Part shown: piece after piece, positions 39,901 to 49,005 of the stretch
Layout of the letters: each line of letters begins with the position of its first letter
How positions within the stretch are numbered: the first letter of the stretch is position 1
Notes under the pieces: model-generated
Told to the model about the DNA's origin: nothing
Databases searched by the model: none
What the model saw: only the letters and a program-made list of their open reading frames with translations
Made by a program: the position numbers and the translations under genes
IMG/VR virus record: IMGVR_UViG_3300024351_000643
Location: 1 to 63,721 of that record
Origin: a virus
Lineage: Duplodnaviria; Caudoviricetes
Strand: one strand, 5' to 3'
Length of the DNA: 63,721 nucleotides

Positions 39901-42900
39901 AGAGTTGCACTTGCTGCTGCACGTACCATGCTGTCCACTGTCTCTGGTTCTACAGCTCTTAATAATTGTCCTTTTGCATTTTTCATATAGCCGTAAGGCA
40001 TTTCTTTTCCTAGCGCTTCGGCAAGATGGTTATACATAAGATTTTGAGCTCTTGGAGTTAATCCAGAAGAACCAAATAACTTTTTGCCCATTCCTAAGGT
40101 AAGTGATGTTACTCCCCAAGGAGCGGACTGGAATGAAGATGCTGCCTTTTCTCCAGTAGGTCCAAATCCAGCACCAATCTTTTTCATCAAAATTGATTTA
40201 GTTAGTGGGCCTCCGCCTGCATAACCTGGAATCATTCCTCCAGAGTTAGCAGCAAATCCAGTTGCAAATCTAGATGTTCTTGCAGCAAGTCCACGTCTCA
40301 TCATCCTGAAAAGTGGAGGCATTGATGTTATTCCTTTTGCAGAAATTGACTTTACATCTGAAGCTCCTAAATCAACACCGAATCTCTTCTGGAATGACTT
40401 CAAATAAGATTTTAATCCTGCATTAGATTGAATTACTTCATCTGGCCAATAGGAGAAATTGTTGTTTGCTTTACCCAAAGATAACCCTGTACGGACTTGG
40501 TTGGTAATTGAGTTTATATCTGTTTCTCCCCACATAGCCTGTCCAAAATTTCCAACAGCCTTGTACAACCATTTTGCAGCAGGGCTAGTATGTTCACTTA
40601 CATACTTACCTACAACTTTGCCATACTTGTCAACTTTCCATTTGCCATCTAAATCTTTTTCAAATTGTAGTCTTTCAAAAATTCTTCTAACGGTTGCTTT
40701 CCCGCCGTACTCTTGAGGGTTCTTCCAAATATGATCAAGAATTTCTGGTGTTGGTCTTGCTTTATCTGCACCAATTCTTGCCTCAGCTTCTGTTCTTAAA
40801 GTTCTACGATTTTTTGGATCAACTGGTTTATTTAAAATATCTATTTTTAAAGCAGCTCTTTGAAATTGCGCTTTTCTAATCTGTCTCCATTGAGCTTTGT
40901 TAATCATTCCAGTTGTTGGATTTTTTGAAAAAGCTACTGCAGAATCATAATCTCTTGTAGCCCATACTGTTGCTTCATTAAAAGGCATTCCTCTGCTTGC
41001 CAAGACTGTAGCATCGTGCATGATTACTCTTGATCTTATTTCTTGCTCCCAGTTTGGAGAACTTGTATATCTTTCTGAAGCAGTTAATAAATTCTTCCAA
41101 ACCTTCCAGTCTTGTGAAGATGCTGATTGAACTCCATATCCAAACTTATTATAAATGACTCTACCGCCCGCCTTATATCCATTATTTGCGGCATCTACTC
41201 TAGCAAGAAGTTCTGGGTTATCTTGAATCTTAGGACCAAATACTGTCTCTCCTGGAGTAAGTGCTGCATCGATTTTTCCTCCAGAATTAAATGTATTCTT
41301 TGCTTGATCGACTAACGGTTTATTTGCAGGATCCATTGATGCTGCTTGATTTAATACGTATCCTCCAATTGGAACGGATCCCATTCTGTCATCATACTTA
41401 ACTGAAGTTGGTCCAGATACTCTTGTTTTTCCTGGGCCGAATGTTTCAATTCCTCCACCAGCATTGTATCTACGCATGTTTTTTGGAACAGTAGTTTCAA
41501 TACTAAAGCCTCCGCCTGATGTTCTAACACCTAGGTTTCTTGCAATTTCATCTACTAACTTTGCTGTATCAGATTTATGGAACAACTCCTTCATATTTGA
41601 TTTTCCGCCAGGGCCAACAACTGGTTGTTTTGTCAAAGGAACAGTAGTCAAATTAATAGTTCTGCCCATTCCAGTTGCAACCTGTGTTGCTGTTTCAGCC
41701 ATCATTCTTTCAATTACAGCATTCAATTCCATTATCTTCAAACGAGCCTGATCGACAGTCATTTTGCCAGCTTGTAATTCTTTAACAATTAAAGAAGATT
41801 CCTGTGCTGCAAGAGCAGTAAGCTCTGTCATTTGTGGCAACATTGCTTGATAAGCATCTGACAAAGATGCTGTAATTGTTCCAGTTGCACTTATTTCTGT
41901 TCTTAGTAGAGCCAATTCTTGTTCTGATTGAGTTGCAATTGCTGCAGTCATTGCATGCCATTTTGCAGCTTCATCTGCAACAATACCCGTACTTACTCCT
42001 CTTATTGATGTAAGTCCTGCAATATGCGGCATTTCGCCCTGCATATACATTTGAGGATTTTTACCAATTCTTACATTTACTGGTCCTGGTCCAGGCACCA
42101 CACCGAATATAGTTCCTGGTTGCTCTGACTGAGCAGGAATTAAATGAGACATCTGTCTTGAATATGGTTTTCCAACTAATGGGTGATCCTTATCCGCCAT
42201 TCTTTCTCCAACAACAGCTCTTGCCGCTGGACTTTGAACTAAAGGAGTTCCTGACATTGTGCTGAAAGATTGAGATACTGCTACGCTAGAAGCTAATGCT
42301 TTATCTTTTAATACATCAAATGATTGTGCAAGAGATTCAACTGCACTCTTTAATGTTGCGGTAGCTTTTGCATCGCTGTAAAAAGAAGTTTCTAATAAGG
42401 ATCCAGCTTTTGAAGCAGCCAATATCTCTGGAGTTAGGAGCTTAAATCCTTGTCCGCCTTTAAATAGATTCTTTAAATGGAATACTCCCTTAATAACATA
42501 TCCAAAGAAGTTGCCAAGAACACCTGTAAGCATAATTAGCGGACCTGCTAGAGCTGTAATACCGCCCATTAATGTCAAAAGGTTTTTAACTGGCCCAGGC
42601 AGTTTATCTACAAACTTTACAATTCCATCAATAGTCTGAAGTACAAATGTATTAATTTTTAAGAAGGATTCGCCTACTGCTGCAAGGTCAGCCTTAACTG
42701 TTTCTAATGCTCTCTTGTATTTACCAGAGGCAGACTCTGTCATTGCTGATAATTCTCGTGCAGATATGTTTGCTAAATCTGTTGTGCTTGCCTTCATCAA
42801 GTCAATAACTTGTAGTGTTTGAGATCCTTGCTTACCTAGATTTTCAAACAAAGCAGACATTCTTGCATATTGGAACTTTCCAAATAATTGCTCAATTGCT

Positions 42901-44192
42901 CTAGACTTGCTCAATGGATCAAGGTTATCTAATGCTGCTTGTAAATCAAGAATTGTTGCTGTTAAATTTCCTGCGTTTCTACTAACAATACCAGACAGGT
43001 CTATGCCCATATCGTTAAACATTCCTATTGCAACTTTTGTTGGGTTAATCAAAGAAGCCATTGCTGACTTAATTGCGTTTGCTCCTTCTGCTGCATTTAC
43101 TCCGCCTTCTTTCATTGCGGTTAAGTAAAGAGCAAGATCTTTTATGTCTCCACCTAATGATTTAACAACAGGTCCCGCTTTTGGAATTGCTTCAACTAAA
43201 TCAGCAAGCGATGTTGATGTTTGGTTTTCCACTGCGTTAAGGAAGTCAATTGATTGAGTTAACTCTTCTGTATTTTGCTTAAATGCAGATTGAATTGCAA
43301 GTGTTGCTTTCATAGCTTCTTGTCTATCTACTTCACCAAGTACGGCTAATCTTGTTGTTTCAGCTGTTGAAGCTATTAAATCTTTTCCCTCTTTGCCTGT
43401 TGCTGCAATATCAGCAGCTAATCCAATAGTTTCTTTATATGAAACTCCATACGCTGATGCTAATTCTTTTGCTGTATTTTTTACATCTTCTCTAACTTGT
43501 GCAAGCTGTTCTTGTGTTGTTGCACCTAATCCGCCGTACACCTTTGTCAATCTTACAAGTTCTGCATCTGCTTCTCTAAATGCTTTTGCAGCTGCTGATC
43601 CAAATGCCGCCATCGGTACAGTTAGACCTACTGTTAACTGACGACCTGCCCACTGTGTATTCTTACCCCAGTTAATAAGTTGGTTTGCACCGTCCTGCAT
43701 AACCTTATTAAGGATTGCAGCTTCTTGTCTAGCTAATGCTGTTTTATTTTTAATAGCATCAAGGCCTTGTGCAACATGCACATTGTACTGCATAAGACCT
43801 TGAGCATTTTTACCTAGTGGTTGGAGAATTGCATTCTCCATTAAAACTTGCTGTTTTGCTAAATCTTTTACTAAAGAATTTGTTTTCTTTGCATGACCTT
43901 GCCATACATTAAAGTACTGGCTAAGCTTCATTCTTCCAGCGTCTAGGTTCTTTCCGAACTTATCAACGTCTGATGTTAGCGTGACAAAGTGTGTTGCAAA
44001 TTGACCAGTAGATCTTAGTGTCTCAGCAAAAGAACGATTCATTATACCTATCTGATTAGATAGGTTTTTATTAAGTCCGATTGTAGTTGTCTGAAGCTTT
44101 ATAAGTTCAGCAGTAATGCCCTGTAACTGCGCTGTTAAGCTAGAAAAATTAGCCGTCGCAGTTATGTTGGTATTAATATGTTGCTCTGCCAA
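36963..44192 (-). CDS. Tape measure protein
   Basis: 2409 aa, Ala-rich helical, TP901-like TMP core; follows the tail chaperones. Confidence 0.92.
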   Translation of the reverse strand: MAEQHINTNITATANFSSLTAQLQGITAELIKLQTTTIGLNKNLSNQIGIMNRSFAETLRSTGQFATHFVTLTSDVDKFGKNLDAGRMKLSQYFNVWQGHAKKTNSLVKDLAKQQVLMENAILQPLGKNAQGLMQYNVHVAQGLDAIKNKTALARQEAAILNKVMQDGANQLINWGKNTQWAGRQLTVGLTVPMAAFGSAAAKAFREADAELVRLTKVYGGLGATTQEQLAQVREDVKNTAKELASAYGVSYKETIGLAADIAATGKEGKDLIASTAETTRLAVLGEVDRQEAMKATLAIQSAFKQNTEELTQSIDFLNAVENQTSTSLADLVEAIPKAGPVVKSLGGDIKDLALYLTAMKEGGVNAAEGANAIKSAMASLINPTKVAIGMFNDMGIDLSGIVSRNAGNLTATILDLQAALDNLDPLSKSRAIEQLFGKFQYARMSALFENLGKQGSQTLQVIDLMKASTTDLANISARELSAMTESASGKYKRALETVKADLAAVGESFLKINTFVLQTIDGIVKFVDKLPGPVKNLLTLMGGITALAGPLIMLTGVLGNFFGYVIKGVFHLKNLFKGGQGFKLLTPEILAASKAGSLLETSFYSDAKATATLKSAVESLAQSFDVLKDKALASSVAVSQSFSTMSGTPLVQSPAARAVVGERMADKDHPLVGKPYSRQMSHLIPAQSEQPGTIFGVVPGPGPVNVRIGKNPQMYMQGEMPHIAGLTSIRGVSTGIVADEAAKWHAMTAAIATQSEQELALLRTEISATGTITASLSDAYQAMLPQMTELTALAAQESSLIVKELQAGKMTVDQARLKIMELNAVIERMMAETATQVATGMGRTINLTTVPLTKQPVVGPGGKSNMKELFHKSDTAKLVDEIARNLGVRTSGGGFSIETTVPKNMRRYNAGGGIETFGPGKTRVSGPTSVKYDDRMGSVPIGGYVLNQAASMDPANKPLVDQAKNTFNSGGKIDAALTPGETVFGPKIQDNPELLARVDAANNGYKAGGRVIYNKFGYGVQSASSQDWKVWKNLLTASERYTSSPNWEQEIRSRVIMHDATVLASRGMPFNEATVWATRDYDSAVAFSKNPTTGMINKAQWRQIRKAQFQRAALKIDILNKPVDPKNRRTLRTEAEARIGADKARPTPEILDHIWKNPQEYGGKATVRRIFERLQFEKDLDGKWKVDKYGKVVGKYVSEHTSPAAKWLYKAVGNFGQAMWGETDINSITNQVRTGLSLGKANNNFSYWPDEVIQSNAGLKSYLKSFQKRFGVDLGASDVKSISAKGITSMPPLFRMMRRGLAARTSRFATGFAANSGGMIPGYAGGGPLTKSILMKKIGAGFGPTGEKAASSFQSAPWGVTSLTLGMGKKLFGSSGLTPRAQNLMYNHLAEALGKEMPYGYMKNAKGQLLRAVEPETVDSMVRAAASATLSSGDKRLSRIDREILREKYANWSNSDWTPSTRKIRKEMFGFNAGGPVGYNMGGAIGKMILSGVLSSVGFPLGSSMGSKVGGDMGGMMGGMLLSTILGGIPFAGAKMPSMRSSRGMEGPRMENGSFFSNQSAMTKPLPGMEKLSTKFASLGANGGKFAGVLGRMGGLLSKLPMLMNPAGLAIAGVTAAVAIGIKRWGDHNEHLRVGMTQYSLTAEAAQKAGLKFKNYNDVMKATIENAKALREKNQLAYESLMSANQPIEMTIEEYKKLKAEVKGVFGDQIKLINQTKGDKNLKNVALDLKNQFIAAGMSSEEATKKIYAMFKVSKQSASALLATVNNPAFNKVVDAPTAAVSAISNYGRASREGGKEGAGAALTSMTAMDTAVEEMIKKSRKAAAKDKTGKTKVLSELQAEQQLTEKINSAKGTGFKITQETINELAKENPLIKKFANTQDTVLSLWQKIRLQAKGYSGDLSQLNAKQTAALLAMANSISASVEAANKSGLLKNQYDALDKLTAQQKKLLAAQKGQSVQQQINTRDQLKGLQKQIDLNNKLAESRLKALDLAKQEGDLARELEKKRAAYDAAVATGNTAEAQQLSLDIKGIQSDMQYNSQRAAIENARDAANKPLQAKIDAINAANEKLADNAALAGESLSKLNDKIASQKSKIQEVNDAMTAYALNAKAAGKSLEEYATTVAGKKELARIEAGARAAGIKTTAGEGAKPQTVTYSPTSGLVVTPATKGKSAVDSALSLITDPKNGIVSAIADGLEKNGIQMGSGDIIINGKKVDMGAKGTVNTEFKASRSNPGVQSSTIGTGSAAKTIMTIDSMALYNQGISTSIGSVFTQGKQKYRITGVDNPYLRTMRVEKAGYGTMKLNPNIPTIVGDRGPEMAFGGMIIPNLANIPFSSPRYDVNKAALQIGSVKQPSYGNITYEQHIHASDGMNEAQLINLAKIAATDVLRDATKSTQLSVGVNKNIKVRKS

Positions 44193-44198
44193 CTGTCA

Positions 44199-44564
44199 TT
44201 ACTCCTTGCGGTATCCGAGTCCTGCTCCAATACCAAATCCAGCTTCTGCTGCAAAATCTCCTTGTAATGATACCACATCATCTCCTCTAGCGTGTATCCC
44301 AAGGGCCTTTCTTTTTATGTCATCAAAAGTTTTATTTTCTCTGACAGGTTCATCTAGTTCAACACCTTGCAGTGATGCTAGAAACTTTCTCTCTTCCATC
44401 TCCTTATCTCTTTTAGAGTTAAGTGTTTGTAAGAGTTCAGGCATTGAAAGATTTTCTTCTAACTCCTGGTAATTCTTCCAATGTCCTAGGAGAAATACTT
44501 CTCCCTCTAAAGCGGCAAGATCTAGATCTGACCAGCCAGAGCCGCTGCCGCTGTTAGGTTTGGG
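44199..44564 (-). CDS. Tail assembly chaperone GT extension (-1 frame)
   Basis: Frame is open from the slippery site CCCAAAC to the stop at 44199. Confidence 0.75.
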   Translation of the reverse strand, partial: PKPNSGSGSGWSDLDLAALEGEVFLLGHWKNYQELEENLSMPELLQTLNSKRDKEMEERKFLASLQGVELDEPVRENKTFDDIKRKALGIHARGDDVVSLQGDFAAEAGFGIGAGLGYRKE

Positions 44565-44854
44565 TCGTCAAGTTTAATTCCACCGCAAACTTCAAGGATC
44601 CTATTAATTGTAGGAACATCTAATGCATCTTCTAGTGCATCTCTATCTGCAACCAAGTCTGGTAGCTGTTTTTCTAGTGCAACCGCACATGCATCAATTA
44701 GAATATCTAAAGTTTTTTCTTCTTCGGTAACTTGTGCAATACCTTGAATTGAAACCATAAATCGTCTTAGCTCTTTAATTGAAAGAGGTTTTAATTTAAC
44801 GGTCTTCCCGTTTTGTAACGTAATTTCTTCTACGTCGTATACTGTTGTTGCCAA
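44522..44854 (-). CDS. Tail assembly chaperone G
   Basis: Between the major tail and TMP genes; contains the slippery heptamer. Confidence 0.8.
   Translation of the reverse strand: MATTVYDVEEITLQNGKTVKLKPLSIKELRRFMVSIQGIAQVTEEEKTLDILIDACAVALEKQLPDLVADRDALEDALDVPTINRILEVCGGIKLDDPNLTAAAALAGQI
44558..44564 (-). other. -1 programmed ribosomal frameshift site C CCA AAC
   Basis: X XXY YYZ heptamer in the correct frame. Confidence 0.8.
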
Positions 44855-44916
44855 TTTATCCTCCTAAGGATCGTCTCATTTATTGTATCATAATGTATTT
44901 ACGAGCACAAGTAGAA

Positions 44917-44940
44917 GGCCCCCTAATTTCTTAGGGGGCC
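44917..44940 (-). terminator. Intrinsic terminator after the major tail gene
   Basis: GGCCCCCTAA-tttc-TTAGGGGGCC. Confidence 0.7.
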
Positions 44941-44961
44941 CCTTAAATAACTATTTAGTTA

Positions 44962-45681
44962 TTAGTTTGCTACAAGAATACGGTCTACAATAAATCCATA
45001 TTCCTGACCTTCGTTTCCTGCCATACCTGATGGGAGCAAACGGAAAGTTACTGGGAATGTTGTTGCTGCGTTACGAGCCAAAGAGAACTGTGACTGTTGT
45101 ACAGAAAGAACACGACGTGCATAGTATACACGCTCAGTCTTTGTTGCTTCAGATGTTGGAGCTTGTCCAACTGCAATTAGCTGACGCTCTGTTGGAGCAA
45201 CTCCAAGTGCACCTGCTGCAATACCCAATTTATCGATCTGTGCATCTCCAGTACCTGAATTTGTGATAAGTGTGTTTGCTGAAGAAATTGTTGATCCACC
45301 ATTTGATGGCTGACCAAATACTGCAAGAACGTTTTCAAGAGTACCTTCTGCCATTTCTGTTGCAATCATAACTTCCATAGATTCCTTGAAAAGCTTTGCT
45401 GTGTCAAGGAGCTGATCAACTGTAACTGAACCGTATGATGGGTTGTATGTTACCTGAAGACCGTTATTGGTATAACCAACGTTACGATATCCAAATTGTC
45501 CTGCTACCTGATCAATGTCGTTAAGAGTCTTTGTAAAAGATTCACCAGATATAAAAGCATAGTCGCCTGTACCTGGTTCGGCATTGTCTTCGTATCCAGA
45601 AGCTGTCACGTCAATGTTTGAAAGAAACAATGGTGAAGCACCGACAAGAATATTTTTGGCATTACCTGTATTTTGTGCCAT
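44962..45681 (-). CDS. Major tail (tube) protein
   Basis: VGYTNNG...VDQL...TEMAEGTLEN; strong SD; position. Confidence 0.8.
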   Translation of the reverse strand: MAQNTGNAKNILVGASPLFLSNIDVTASGYEDNAEPGTGDYAFISGESFTKTLNDIDQVAGQFGYRNVGYTNNGLQVTYNPSYGSVTVDQLLDTAKLFKESMEVMIATEMAEGTLENVLAVFGQPSNGGSTISSANTLITNSGTGDAQIDKLGIAAGALGVAPTERQLIAVGQAPTSEATKTERVYYARRVLSVQQSQFSLARNAATTFPVTFRLLPSGMAGNEGQEYGFIVDRILVAN

Positions 45682-45795
45682 GTTTTACTACCTCCTGTAA
45701 AATGAATATATATATATATTTATTTCCAAATTCAAAAGCTGGCTAGGCTTTTTTCCTCTTAGCTAATTTTAGTGTATAATCTGCCACAAAGCAAA

Positions 45796-46302
45796 CTAGT
45801 CAAATCGTCCTAGTTGACCAGTTGTCCTTGAGTACTTGACCTCTAAAATTACATCTGAGGCCAGGAATCCCTGCATCTCCTCTGAAGGGTCTGTGGGGGT
45901 TATTTCGGCAACATATGTGCTATGAAACTTAAGCTTATCTGTAGATCTTGAATCATTTAGGTCCCTAGCAGAATCGTCCATTCTTCTAAATACGTCTATC
46001 ATTAAATTTCTAATTATATTGATTTGATTATAATCTGTTGAGTATATTGTAAATAGCATCTTTTCAGTGCAGATCATCCAATTTTCTTCATAGGATGTGC
46101 TTATTTTGTCATATACAATGTGAGTCTTACCGCTCAAAAATTGATCCATTTCTGCCTGTTGCTGTACTGGCAAAATTGGAATTATTTCTGATGATATGTT
46201 TTCAAGGTAGTAATCTGATGGATCTATAATATCATTTGAAACAAGCTCATCCCATAGATGTCTTCTGATTTCATACATTGCGTCTATTGAATAGTCTGCC
46301 AT
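45796..46302 (-). CDS. Tail terminator-like protein
   Basis: Synteny. Confidence 0.55.
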   Translation of the reverse strand: MADYSIDAMYEIRRHLWDELVSNDIIDPSDYYLENISSEIIPILPVQQQAEMDQFLSGKTHIVYDKISTSYEENWMICTEKMLFTIYSTDYNQINIIRNLMIDVFRRMDDSARDLNDSRSTDKLKFHSTYVAEITPTDPSEEMQGFLASDVILEVKYSRTTGQLGRFD

Positions 46303-47093
46303 TATAGGGCCCCTCCAAATTCTTTCATCAAAGCTGAATCAGCTTCTGTTCTAATAGTATTTGGGGAAAAGGAATATCTAACCTTTTTAATTGATGCTGG
46401 TGCATTTAAAGATTTAATAATTTTTGTACTAAATATCTGTTGAAATCCTGAATTTTTAATTGCTGAATTTACAAGTTCTCCAGAGAAGTATCTGGAATAA
46501 GCTAAATCAAATTGATTCTTTACTCCGCTTCCGCCAGGTCTTTTAACGAGTACTGAAGCTCCCTTAGGCATAAATACAGTTTGTCCATTCATTTCAAATA
46601 CTAAGCGTTCTGCGGATTTAGGTCTAATAACAATAGGCATTCCTGTTTCCATGACTCTAGCCTTGTTTGCAAACTTATATTTATTTCTTTGCATTTTGTT
46701 TTTTGATGGAACATTTGATCTTGATAGTTTAAATTCATAATTAACCTTAAAAGCAAGACCTGGAGCATTTGTAGAAGTTAATTTAAACAAACGAGAAGTT
46801 GGCTTTCCAGTTCTATTCCATTCGTACACGTGGTGGAGCGATCTTGGAGATATTCTTGCTTTTGCATCAACATACTCACCAAACTCTTTTTCAATTTGAT
46901 TAAATATTGTTGTTTTAAATAATTTTTGAAAACCTTTGTTTTGTTCAAGCTTTGCAAGAACATTTGCTTGATAATAAAGCAATGCAGATACTTGTGCAAC
47001 CGTACTATCTTTTATTGGACCATTTTGTGGCACTCCAACCATCAGTCTTTCTAGACCGCTGGCTGCTTGAAGTAAAGCCACATTAGATTCCAA
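46302..47093 (-). CDS. Neck/tail completion protein
   Basis: Synteny; basic protein. Confidence 0.5.
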   Translation of the reverse strand: MESNVALLQAASGLERLMVGVPQNGPIKDSTVAQVSALLYYQANVLAKLEQNKGFQKLFKTTIFNQIEKEFGEYVDAKARISPRSLHHVYEWNRTGKPTSRLFKLTSTNAPGLAFKVNYEFKLSRSNVPSKNKMQRNKYKFANKARVMETGMPIVIRPKSAERLVFEMNGQTVFMPKGASVLVKRPGGSGVKNQFDLAYSRYFSGELVNSAIKNSGFQQIFSTKIIKSLNAPASIKKVRYSFSPNTIRTEADSALMKEFGGAL

Positions 47094-47508
47094 TTTGCTG
47101 ATTCTCCGATCTCTTTGCGCTGCTGTTATATCCTAATACGTTTCCAAAAGGATCCATTATTGGAGTAGAACCGACAATTTCAAACACAGTTGGTGTGTCT
47201 GAAGGATAGTCTAATTCAGTCCAAAGATACTGACCATTTTTATTTCTTATATTAGTTATTTTTTGTCTTAAACTTAACTTAGACACTGTTCTAATTTGTA
47301 AAGTTTGTTCGTTTTTGTATTTGTTATTTATAACCTGCTGATCGCTTCCTCTAACAGAAGTTGAATTTCCTATGACAGATTTGACGTGGCAATCTATTGT
47401 TGATGAATAATTCCACTCACGTTTAATTGCTCCAGTGTTTATATCTTGTGTGTCAGATTGAACATACACGTCCAACTGCATAGGCATTACAGAGGTTATG
47501 ATGTCCAT
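47083..47508 (-). CDS. Head closure/stopper protein
   Basis: Synteny; beta-rich. Confidence 0.55.
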   Translation of the reverse strand: MDIITSVMPMQLDVYVQSDTQDINTGAIKREWNYSSTIDCHVKSVIGNSTSVRGSDQQVINNKYKNEQTLQIRTVSKLSLRQKITNIRNKNGQYLWTELDYPSDTPTVFEIVGSTPIMDPFGNVLGYNSSAKRSENQQIGI

Positions 47509-48498
47509 TTAGAATGCCACCATGCCATTGAGGACATATGGTGATAACAACTGATCTGCATACAGATTTCCAGTTCCTCTGTGAGCATCTTCCATAAAAT
47601 CAAATTTCCAATCAAATGTACTTATTGATTTTACATATTTATTTCTCCATGCCGAGTCTTTTTCGAAGAACTGACCTATTAAAACTATACATGCTTCTTC
47701 AACATTGTCTGGAACTGAACTCCACCCAAATCTTCCTGCAACGGTGTATCTTGCATCTTTTTTAAATGCTCCGTGAAATCCTCTATCGTTTATTGATGGA
47801 GGAATATATCCATTAGCGGTGTAAATTGTATTGTCGTATAAATCCTGTTTATTTACCCTTACACCAAATCCAGACTCTGAGATGATTGGATCATATATCC
47901 AGTTGTTTACATTATTTATTTTATCAACAAGGAGTATGTCATTTTCATACAACTCATGCACTTCATGTACCTTAAATGGCATAGGCAAAATGTCAGATCC
48001 GTAACCATAAACTATCTGCGTGTCGTCATATAGATAAAAAAATTGAGCTGTATAAATTTCAATTAATTTTCTTGCATACTTTTCTGCCATTTGTATCTCA
48101 TGATACGTTCTGTAATTTGGATCAGATGGGTCTGTACCAATATTTAAATCCTCCCAAACGTCTGAAAGGTTTGCATACGGAGTTACCACATCTGTATAAT
48201 ATGTGTGAGCTGCATCGTTTCCGTCAACAGAATAAGACCATACGATCTTAAACTTTCTATTTCTTAAACAATATTCAAGAGGTATAACAATTTGATACGT
48301 TCCTGCATCTGTTTCTAGTTTGGTTGCTTCCAATACAGTTACGGGCGTATTTGGATTAACAGCTGGATTTATTGTATTGTCCTCTGTTATATCATATATT
48401 GTTGCTATAACGTCATCATTATCAGCATCAACTATCTCTCCGCCCCAAAATATTTTTGTTTTTATTGGAGCTGTTTGGTCCTTATAAATCTCAGCCAT
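47509..48498 (-). CDS. Head-tail adaptor
   Basis: AGRFGWSSVPDNVEEA; synteny. Confidence 0.65.
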   Translation of the reverse strand: MAEIYKDQTAPIKTKIFWGGEIVDADNDDVIATIYDITEDNTINPAVNPNTPVTVLEATKLETDAGTYQIVIPLEYCLRNRKFKIVWSYSVDGNDAAHTYYTDVVTPYANLSDVWEDLNIGTDPSDPNYRTYHEIQMAEKYARKLIEIYTAQFFYLYDDTQIVYGYGSDILPMPFKVHEVHELYENDILLVDKINNVNNWIYDPIISESGFGVRVNKQDLYDNTIYTANGYIPPSINDRGFHGAFKKDARYTVAGRFGWSSVPDNVEEACIVLIGQFFEKDSAWRNKYVKSISTFDWKFDFMEDAHRGTGNLYADQLLSPYVLNGMVAF

Positions 48499-48507
48499 TT
48501 AAAATGC

Positions 48508-48903
48508 TTAGCCGTAGAACTCCTGTACTTCTTTAGGCGTTGCTAAACGGAAGCCCCCCTCTTTATCAAAAATTTTCTGAGCTTGGTCTTCAGGCATTGC
48601 AACAAATGGATGGTCCTTTGTAAAAGTATGACCCATAATGTCATAACGCATGTTTGCTCGTGTCATTCTAACCAATACAGAATCTGCTGGAACCTCATCC
48701 TTAACATTAAACTTAGGCAAAATCTCGATCTCCTCTGTATTTTCAGCAACCTCTTTAATTGTTGCTTGATATACGTCCCATGTGACGCCCTCTTCAGCCA
48801 TCGCTGCAATTATATCTTGTTTGTTCTTTAGGCCTTCCGTGTCAACAGCAAATTCGGTTGCTATTGTTTTCAGCTCTGCTACCTTTAGTTTGTCAAATGA
48901 CAT
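48508..48903 (-). CDS. Capsid-adjacent protein with an N-terminal Rho-N/HeH-like motif
   Basis: KLKVAELKTIA...KQDII. Confidence 0.65.
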   Translation of the reverse strand: MSFDKLKVAELKTIATEFAVDTEGLKNKQDIIAAMAEEGVTWDVYQATIKEVAENTEEIEILPKFNVKDEVPADSVLVRMTRANMRYDIMGHTFTKDHPFVAMPEDQAQKIFDKEGGFRLATPKEVQEFYG

Positions 48904-48958
48904 ATTTTCTCCTTACTCTAGGTACATTAATTATAGCATTAACAAATTAAAATGAAAA

Positions 48959-48982
48959 GCCCCCTAATTTTATTTAGGGGGC
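48959..48982 (-). terminator. Intrinsic terminator after the capsid gene
   Basis: GCCCCCTAA/TTAGGGGGC followed by TTTTCATTTT; near-identical to the 44917 hairpin. Confidence 0.75.
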
Positions 48983-49005
48983 CTCCAATGGTTATCTTAA
49001 ATTAA

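Noticed and set aside
45705-45720. Short (TA)n run upstream of the major tail gene
   Set aside because: It is too short to interpret in an AT-rich UTR
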